Under the pieces are notes generated by a model. It saw only the letters and a program-made list of their open reading frames with translations, made no database searches and was not told the origin of the DNA. The position numbers and the translations under genes were made by a program. A stretch of DNA of 64,000 nucleotides from the NCBI GenBank assembly GCA_964252035.1, contig OZ176204.1. One strand, given 5' to 3'. This stretch comes from Podarcis erhardii. Its lineage: Eukaryota. This document shows positions 1 through 8,008 of the stretch, in pieces; the first letter of the stretch is position 1; each line of letters opens with the position of its first letter.

Positions 1-2222
1 ATGCACATCACCCAATTACATTACAATTAATTGCATTAATCGTCTCTCCAGTCAGCCTTTTTGACATGGTTTTAGAGCAGGGCTACTTCCCATATGGGAA
101 ATCAAATGTATAAGCAAGGGCAGATGTAGTAATAAATCATTGTTCCTTAGCTTGACACAACATGCATATAATGCTGCATAAAGTTACATTTTTGGTCCAT
201 ATGAAAAAAGGCAACAGTTGAAATAAAACTATTTCTGGCAAAGGGTAACAAAATGATGGCAATTTGTTATTAGAATTTTGGGCTAGACAGGTGCCCTTTG
301 CCTAAAAGTAACCATTTAATATTCTGAAGTACTTGTATTTATGGAAATTATGTGAGCAAAATTTAGAAGAATATTATGGTAACTTTAACAGGCCAGTTAT
401 ATCGCCCAACGTTAATTCCAACACACAGCATTTTGGTGCACAGTTCACATCTTCAGCCAAGAACCATTAGGTGGTGATAGATCAAGTGATGTACATATAT
501 CTGTAAACCATTCCCAATACCCCATGATTTCTAGGATTTAACTACTATACAGCCAATGGGGCAGTGTACTGAGGAATATACTCTTCCCAACATGATGGGA
601 AACATGGGTATGGGTGTGGGTGTGTTGCCGGGTGTTTGTGACTTTCCAGAGATAAGATTACAGAAATTCCACATGTGGATGTCTGTGTATACACCATGTG
701 ATCCAGAGGTCATGTAATGTAACAGTACATGAACAGACCATCATGCATACAATATGTTTGGATCTGAGACTGTGAAAACTAGCCATCTGTATGCTGGGGA
801 AAAACCAGTGAGGTATGAAAACAGAAGTTTTGCCTAGCTTTGAAAGGGCTGCAATCTGTACTACCAATGCTCACTGCAGGCCGAGCTACAAATTTCTCAA
901 GATGGAAGGACTTGCTTCTGTTTCAGTGGACATTATAACTGCAGTGCAGCTACGTCCTTCCACTGTAGCAAACACTGCAGTGCATTCATTTGTAATCCTT
1001 ACTCAATGAAAAGAAGAATTAAACACCTTTAAAATAATTCGTAAGGCAGTTCCAACCCCATGCTATGTTCAGTGCATTATACATGTTTATGTCTCAAATA
1101 TTTTCAATTACAAATTCTACTTTTCCACATATATTTCTCACCACTGATATTTAATTGCTAAGAATGCAGAAAATATACAAATAGTTGTCACCACCACATT
1201 TATACCAAGAGCCATTTTTAAAATTTCCTGCCCCTTTTTTTTTCTTCTCACATGAACCAATGCTATTTATCAAAAGCTGCTTTTCAGAACTGTATAGGTA
1301 TTTTAGGAACTAAATATCAGCAAGATCAAACAGAGGAAACCTATTTTCTTTCGCCTGCAAGCACCTAGTCCTGAAAGGCGCAGAACCCCTTCAAGTCTCA
1401 ATGAAGTAATGGCAAATTGTATATGGTCAGTCTCTTAAGACCATACAAGTATTATCAAGGTATGGAGGTGGGCATTACAGGAAACTACTGTACTTTTTAG
1501 ATAATTGAGCCAATTACTGTTTTCCCTTCAGGTGTGCTTGCTTGCTTACTTACTTACTTACTGTTTTAACAGGCAGGAAGTTAGCAGTCTATGGAGTCTC
1601 AAAAAGATCCTGCATTGTGACACACAGCCCCACAACCATGTTCCCCTTTGAGCTGCCATCTCACTAGTTACCATTTTTTATTTTAATTGTACATGGTCTT
1701 CCAGTCTTGGGAGACACTGAGGTTGGAATGGGCAACAGGTTATATAATATGACTCTCCTGCAGGAGAGTCTGCATTTTCTCCTCACATTTCTATTTCAGG
1801 CCACTATACAACATTTCAGCAAAATGTTTTTTAAGGAGTGTCCAGCCCAACATGAACACTGTATCAAATGGAGAATGCACCACCTTCCTAAGAAGTCTGT
1901 TCCAGTGGTTAAATTATTATATAACATAACCTACTATTGTGCATTTGGTTTGCTTTAACAGCCAAACATTGGTTTTTGTGTCTTCCTTTGCTACACTATA
2001 GCTTTTTAGTACACAGTACTTTCACCTTGTGAAGGTATCAGTACAGGCCTAAACAAATCTTACTTTCTCAGTAAGCTAAAAGCCCATTTCTACTGGTGCC
2101 ATTGCTTTGGTGGTGTTGCTGTACATTAATGGAGCTCAACAAAATTATCTACATCATCTTCCAATTAGTCAGGGTATTAAGACCTCCCAAAACTTCAACA
2201 GAAACAGATTTTGAATGTTGGG

Positions 2223-3101
2223 CTAGCAGTTTTCATATTTGTCAAAAGTCTCATAGAACCCTGGTCTGACTTTTCTGATGCTCATACGTATATGTTGACA
2301 TTCAGGTGCAACTGACTCGCTATAGCTAGTTGAAGATGCTGTCCCAGTAATCCAGCCAGAAGATAGGCGCTTTCTTTTTGCCTTATGTGAAAAGTTCCCA
2401 ATTCCTTTGCTGCGTCCAAGGCAAGGGTCATCTTTCTTCCTACTGCTGACATCTTCAACTGGCTGCTCATCTCTATTGGAAGTCATTCCTTTACGCTTAC
2501 ATGCATTTTTCTCTTCTTCTGCAATCTTCCTGAAGTGCTCCAGTGATTCTACTTTTCTTCGTCTTTCTATTGTTTCCATTTGTTTCTTGTCCACGAAGTC
2601 CTCAAAGTACATTTTTCTTTCACTCCTCTGATCTTCAAGAAATTTCCATTCAATGTCAGTCATCTTCACACCACTGTATTGCTCCAATTTCTCTCTTGTT
2701 CCTGTGTCTGTACAAAATATGTCAAAAAGCTGCTCTGAACTCCTGTTGAAATCATCTGCTTTCTGTGTAAACAACTCATTTTTTCTTCGCTTTCTGGACT
2801 GATATAATTTTGAAAACTCCTCATACACCTTAAGAATATGCTTCTTTATGCTTTGTGTTGCTATGGTATACAAATTGCAAAACAACCAGTGCTCCTGCAG
2901 AAGTTCAGCAAGCAACTGGGCAGCATCTTCTTTGGATCGCTGGGCTTGCCCAGCCCTTTTCGGGTGCAATAGATATAGCATGTTTTGAATGACATCCTTC
3001 TTGGTAGGCAGAATTCCTTGTGCAAATTCTGATGACTCCACATAATCAACTGTTCCCAGAGTTTTTTTTGCTTTTGCTTTAGTATCCAAAGCCGCCATCA
3101 T
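2223..3101 (-). CDS. Uncharacterised 292-aa protein resembling the N-terminal non-catalytic region of a DNA transposase (CC8L18.2-like / possibly hATm-type); candidate domesticated gene
   Basis: Uninterrupted 879-bp ORF in AT-rich DNA. Minus-strand acceptor tctcttttatttcag|C gives an exon start at 3130; the second ATG (ATGATGG) has strong Kozak context. Motifs LPTKKDV..MLY, EHW..CN.YT, LFDIFC.D, GVKMT..E..FLEDQR..RKM....VD and C.HIR.S.RKVR..FYET.DK match my recollection of invertebrate transposase N-termini. No DDE core follows the stop. Confidence 0.7.
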   Translation of the reverse strand: MMAALDTKAKAKKTLGTVDYVESSEFAQGILPTKKDVIQNMLYLLHPKRAGQAQRSKEDAAQLLAELLQEHWLFCNLYTIATQSIKKHILKVYEEFSKLYQSRKRRKNELFTQKADDFNRSSEQLFDIFCTDTGTREKLEQYSGVKMTDIEWKFLEDQRSERKMYFEDFVDKKQMETIERRRKVESLEHFRKIAEEEKNACKRKGMTSNRDEQPVEDVSSRKKDDPCLGRSKGIGNFSHKAKRKRLSSGWITGTASSTSYSESVAPECQHIRMSIRKVRPGFYETFDKYENC

Positions 3102-4189
3102 TCCTTTCCAGTGTCTCTTTATACCAAAAGCTGAAATAAAAGAGATATTAGACAGCTGAAATAGAGTAGAAACAAGAATGAAAAGAAAAACTTAATTATG
3201 TGAAGCTAAGAATATGTAAGTCAAGGTGGTCAAAGTGTTCAGGACTGCAGCCAACATAAAAAATCACGTAATTTATGGAGAGAGCATTACTTAGTTCCAC
3301 CCATTTGGATTAAGTAAGCTCCTATCTGAAAAACAAAACTGACTTGTCAAGCAGTAAAGTATTTTATTCATGTTAGCTGCAGTCTGAATTTCCCACATGA
3401 TCTGTCATTGGCACAGCTAAATCATACATATAAAATTCAGTATGTTCTTATATTTTAATATTTAAAAATATAGTGCAATATCACACAAGGTAGACCCAGA
3501 GTACTTGTCCGTTGATTTCAGTGGGTCTCCTTTGAGCACGATTAACATTAGATACCATCTATTAAACCCTATTAGGGAATTCACAAAAAGCCTTCTAGCA
3601 ATGGCACAGGTGTTTCTCCGATTAACACCTCAACAAGCAGTCTTAATATTTTGTCCGTTATAACTCAGAAATCTGTGGTGGCCAAGTTACCTTCAAATCT
3701 TTAAAAATATTTATTTACAACATTTCAAGCCTGCTCTCCCATCACACAGGTAGCCTTTAACAGATTGCACTGCAACAGTTCCAAGTAGCTGTGCTTGGAA
3801 TCCTCAATCTTGCTTTTTCAAAGCTGCCTGCTGCAATAAGTGCTCTGGTATAATTACATTAATCTTCCTGTCAGTGCAACCTGATGCATATATATTCACA
3901 AGCAAGTCCCAATGAGTTGACTATAGCATTTCCTCCCAGATGTGCATAGTGTTGCAATCTGAAATGGAACAGTATTTTCTAAAGGAAACCTGAATCCCAG
4001 AATTGAAACAGGCAAATAAATACAAATAGCACCTGTCAGCACATATACAATGATGCTTCCAAGTTTTCGCATTCAAGCAATTTCCTATTGTCAAACTGTA
4101 AGCAAATTCTCAACTGAAGGGCTCAAAACTTGGATTTTTAAGGAGATGCAATCACAAAATTTATGAAAGTCCGCTCTAGGTCCTGGAAA

Positions 4190-5720
4190 CTATGAGCGAG
4201 GGTAGTGCACTAAACCAAAGGGGCTTGAGAGCATAACGTCCGGGGATCACGTTCTGGAGGCCAACGGGGGGATTAAAGCAGCCCACCGAGAAGGAAGGGA
4301 TCTTTCTAAAACCTGTCAAGCGGACCAACCCTGCACCGCCTCAAAGCACCGGGCTGTCAAGAGCACCAGAGAACACCTGCGCACCCCATTGCCCGCCTGC
4401 AAGGCAGGGACCAGGCACTCCGCGTACGGCAGTTGCCAGCCCTTATTCCTGCCTGGAAAATAACGCCGATGAGGCGAAAGCCGCCACAGGCGCCATGAGG
4501 CGGATGGGGGTGGGGCCCGGCCGCCCTCCCTCTCAGCCCTGGCAAGTTCCTCCCCACTCCCAGGCCGAAGCCGCCTGAGGCCCAGGCGCCGTTTCCCTTG
4601 CCCGGCCGGCCAACCATTGAATAGCCCGGCCTGGCCGGCTCTAATCCCGCCTATCCCGTTATCCCCAATACCTGCCTTCGATCAGCAGAATCAGCCAGAA
4701 GAGGTAAAGCGTCAATTAAAAGCCCGCGGCCCATCCTTCGCCATCTTGGTAAGTGAGAGCGAGCGAGCGAGCCCTACGCAGCGGGAAAAGGGAAAGCGGT
4801 GCCGCCTCCGCCATCTTGAGAAAGGGCAGCGCGAGCAACCCTTCCCCTGTGGTGGTCTCTCATGCCGACGTCTCTATGATCTCAACTGTCATTCACCGAG
4901 TTGCTTTGAAAAAATAAACTGGGCGTTGGTAGCTAATATATGGTCCCGTTTTTGCAGCTGAGGCGAAAACCGAGCCTGTGAGGCCTCCTTGTGGGGAAAA
5001 AAAGACGAACAAGTAACGACGACGGCAAAAAAAAAAAAAAGACCCAGTCGCCAACTACCGTCAGGTGAGCAGAACCAGTAAGCGAAGCCAAGGCAAATGG
5101 ACGAAGGGGTCTTGCTTCTTAAGGGGAAGGTCGGAGGCAGGTTATCGTCAGTGCGAGGCAACCGATTGGTTAACTAACGCAGCCGTGCCCTGCTGAGCGC
5201 CATTACGCACTGGCGGAGGAGGAAGCTGATTGGTTCTTGAGGAGGCAACCCGTCTGGTCGCTATTAAACTAATAGCCTTTCTTGGGCGGAAGCTGAAGCC
5301 GCACCAGTACCAGACTCGACCATAGACCAATGCCCTCTTTCGGGAGACTGTCGTCATATTACTAATGATAGTGAGAGTGGGAAGAGAGAGTCAGCGGATG
5401 CCCCGGCTCCTGCGTTTCTACTACGCGTCAACCCGCCTTGCCACTGTCAGTCCGAATTGTGTGGCGCGGATCTGATTCGTCGGTGGCTGGAGTGTTAAGC
5501 AGCCTCAGCAGCCAATAGCTACCTGGTGAGTTGGAGGACGCGGATTGGTTCGTCGCTGAAATTATGCCGTAGTAGCCAATAGGTGCGTCGCGAAGTTTGT
5601 ATAAAAATGGTCGCGTTGAGGCGGAAGGTTGTGCAGTCCAGCATTCTGTTTTTAGCTGTTTTTGGATAGGCATCTTTCACCCGGGGGGCGGGAGTAGTCG
5701 TATCTTTGCTATGTCTCTAT
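4190..5720. promoter_or_regulatory. CpG island / bidirectional promoter (SCLY on +, transposase-derived ORF on -)
   Basis: Abrupt rise in GC and CpG. YY1-type AAGATGGCG on the minus strand at 4739-4747 and 4809-4817. CCAAT/ATTGG boxes at 5165, 5229, 5327, 5512, 5544 and 5576. TATAAAA at 5600-5606. Confidence 0.85.
5400..5525 (+). other. SCLY: Candidate non-coding first exon of SCLY (start approximate)
   Basis: Strong donor CTG|GTGAGT at 5525/5526 inside the CpG island. The first coding exon (7900) has an acceptor, so an upstream exon is required. Alternative + strand donors at 4749 and 5065 are not excluded. Confidence 0.35.
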
Positions 5721-6439
5721 TAAGATATACGCTCCCAAGTACAAAGGGAGGTTCAGTTTATGTCTTGTGGGCAAGAGCTGAGGAGAACAGTTCTCCATTT
5801 TGTTCAGCACAATTTCAGCAGTAAAAAACATATCAGTGTAAATAAAAGGAACCAACTTGGTGACTCATATAAATTGTGTTGGTTTTTTTTGTATTAATGG
5901 TAGTATGGTGCCATCCACGTTCATGAGGCTTGGCAACAAAACAAGAAGGAGCTGATAGGTCCCTGCCCCAAGGGGTTCACAATCCAGAAATAGGCAATGA
6001 CAGAAACGGGAGGGAAGCAGAGACAAGGCTTAGATAAGCAGTTATTTCAGGTACATGTATTTAGGGTTAATTACAGTAGGCCATTGGGATTAGAAGGTTG
6101 TGCTAAAATCTTAATGGAAAGGGCGGGGTTTCGGTGCAAAAACAAAGCAATGATAATTACAAACGGAGAGGAACGATAACAACTGTGGATAGGACTGCAA
6201 GACATCTAAGGGTCTTTCATATACAGTAGTGTGAGGCTCTCCCATTCCACTCAACAACCCTCCGTTGTTGAGTGATTAGCTACACAACAAAATTTTATTC
6301 TGGTAATGTGTTGGAAGTGTCTGAAGCTAGAAGCAGGTCTTTGCCCATAAACAGTGCCTATGCATTGAGCCTGTGAGAGAAAATGGAGTAGCAGGTGAAA
6401 ATTGTAACGGAATAACTACCATCACTGCAGATTGAACTA

Positions 6440-6598
6440 CAAATTAGAATTTTTGGGTTTCTATGGGTTTTTAAACTGTGGGGAGTATTGTTTTTGTTTG
6501 CTATTATGGTATGTATGGTATGTATTTTTGTGTTTTTATATTGTCAACCACCCTATGGATGAAGGGCGGTATAGAAATTTAATAAATAATGATAATAA
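6440..6598 (+). mobile_element. L2-like LINE 3' tail fragment
   Basis: T-rich run ending in gaagggcggtatagaaatttaataaataat, typical of L2-clade tails. Similar tails at ~24660-25210(-), ~44305-44430(-), ~46460-46665(+) and ~49720-49810(-). Confidence 0.5.
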
Positions 6599-6653
6599 TT
6601 TCCCCTCTACTATGAGCTTCCTTGGGGACATTAGGCAATTCACCTTTGAGGAA

Positions 6654-6780
6654 GAGTTGTAGCTTGGTAGTGTAAAGCACATGCTTTGCATGCAAAAGGT
6701 CCAGATTCACTTTCAGTCTCTGGCATTTCCAGGTAGGATTTTTTTTTTGGGGGGGGATTCTGGAGAGCCACTGTCAGTCC
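6654..6780 (+). mobile_element. Degenerate tRNA-Ala-derived SINE (Squam2-like)
   Basis: Similar to the copies at 14090 and 60671 (gctttgcatgca...aggtcc...ttcca ggtagg). Confidence 0.6.
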
Positions 6781-6978
6781 TAAAACATATCTCCCATATA
6801 CAAATCTTTTGACAATGTGTGTGACTCTTCCTTTGACTGCCTCCCAGCTGGAAACCAGGGAGGATAGCATATCAGTCCTAGGAAGACAGGGAATCTGAGA
6901 GATGGGAAATATTTCTTCTAACTTTCTTATGTCCATCTTTGGAAGTACCTCTACAGAATGGTAATGCAATATTCTTGA

Positions 6979-7765
6979 CATAGGTGCCATCTCTATAGGA
7001 TTGGACCCCCTCAATATTTGTAGGCAGGCCAAGCCCCCCCACCCCCATGTTGAGGGAGTGGAGGAAGCCTCCCAATGATGTGTGTCTAGTCCTTGGGCTC
7101 CTCCCACCACCACCATCCTGCCTACGAATGCAGCTGGACTACCTCAAACCGCTGCTGCCTGCCGCCTAACCTCCGCTGGAGGCCTTGCAGAAGAGACCTT
7201 GGCATAGCTGCTGCAGTGGCTGTGGAGAGCTAGTGGAGGTAAGGCAGTGCACGGGTGGTGGCGTTCTGGTTTGCAGTTGAAAGCAGGGGGCAGTGGTGTT
7301 GGGCTTCATTGTACAGTGGTGCCTCGCAAGACGAAATTAATCCGTTCCGTGAGGCTCTTCGTATAGCGGTTTTTTCGTCTTGCGAAGCAAGCCCATTGAC
7401 AGCTTAGCGGATTAGCGCTATTAGCAGTTTAGCGGCTTTTAGCGATCAGCTGTTAAGCGGCTTATCAGCGGATCAGCTGATAAGCGGCTTAGCGGCTTAG
7501 GAAAAGGGGGGGGAGGGAAAAAACCCCGCAGGAACTCGCAAGACATTTTCGTCTTGCGAAGCAAGCCCATAGGGAAATTCGTTTTGCGAAGCGCCTCCAA
7601 AACGGAAAACCCTTTCATCTAGCGGGTTTTCCGTCTTGCGAGGTGTTCGTCTTGCGGGGCACCACTGTATACCCATTGTCCTCACACGTGTGATGTCATG
7701 ATGTCATGTTGCGCTTGCGTGCGATGCTGGGCCACTCCAATCTGGGGCGCAAGTCAGTGCCTCTG
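6979..7765. mobile_element. hAT-type MITE containing a nested Tigger-like MITE
   Basis: Degenerate TIRs cataggtgcc... / ...agtcagtgcctctg; 8-bp TSD attcttga (6971-6978) / attcctga (7766-7773). Confidence 0.65.
7314..7667. mobile_element. Tigger/pogo-like (Tc1-mariner) MITE, 354 bp
   Basis: TIR cagtggtgcctcgcaagacgaa / ttcgtcttgcggggcaccactg; TA on both sides; CpG-rich, so probably young. Confidence 0.9.
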
Positions 7766-7910
7766 ATTCCTGAAGATACAGCAGAACGAGTAGTGGTGTC
7801 CTTTTGATTAATGGGCAAAGGCATGTCATAATTTATTTGTGCGCTATTTGAAGTCTAATGTTTCATGGAACAAAGTGGGTTGTGTTTTTCTTAAAATAGG
7901 TTGGTATAGA

Positions 7911-8008
7911 ATGGAAGAGAACCAAATGAAGAAAGTATTAGGGAACGAAGGAAATGAGAACAGAGAGAAAATTGGCTTTGATGGGGAAGAGAACAACTCC
8001 TCAAACAG
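7911..8008 (+). CDS. SCLY: SCLY first coding exon (exon 7900-8008; MEENQMKK...NSSNR)
   Basis: Acceptor ttttcttaaaatag|G at 7899/7900, ATG at 7911. Donor AG|gtttgt leaves phase 2, matching the next exon (AG+G = Arg). Confidence 0.75.

Noticed and set aside
480-790. GU-rich stretch with TGATG and CTGA boxes and a 10-nt U2-complementary segment, suggesting a C/D scaRNA
   Set aside because: No proper box C/D pairing with a terminal stem; the U2 match is not followed by a D box; no host intron identified
1-2200. Possible 3' end of UBE2F, the upstream neighbour of SCLY in human
   Set aside because: No UBE2F C-terminal coding sequence recognisable in any + frame
4840-5000. Possible structured ncRNA or snoRNA within the CpG island
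   Set aside because: No match to any snRNA, snoRNA or vault sequence I can recall; more simply explained as 5'UTR/promoter sequence
5700-5707. U12-like donor GTATCTTT
   Set aside because: Deviates from GTATCCTT, and no U12 branch site partner was found; all assigned introns are U2-type
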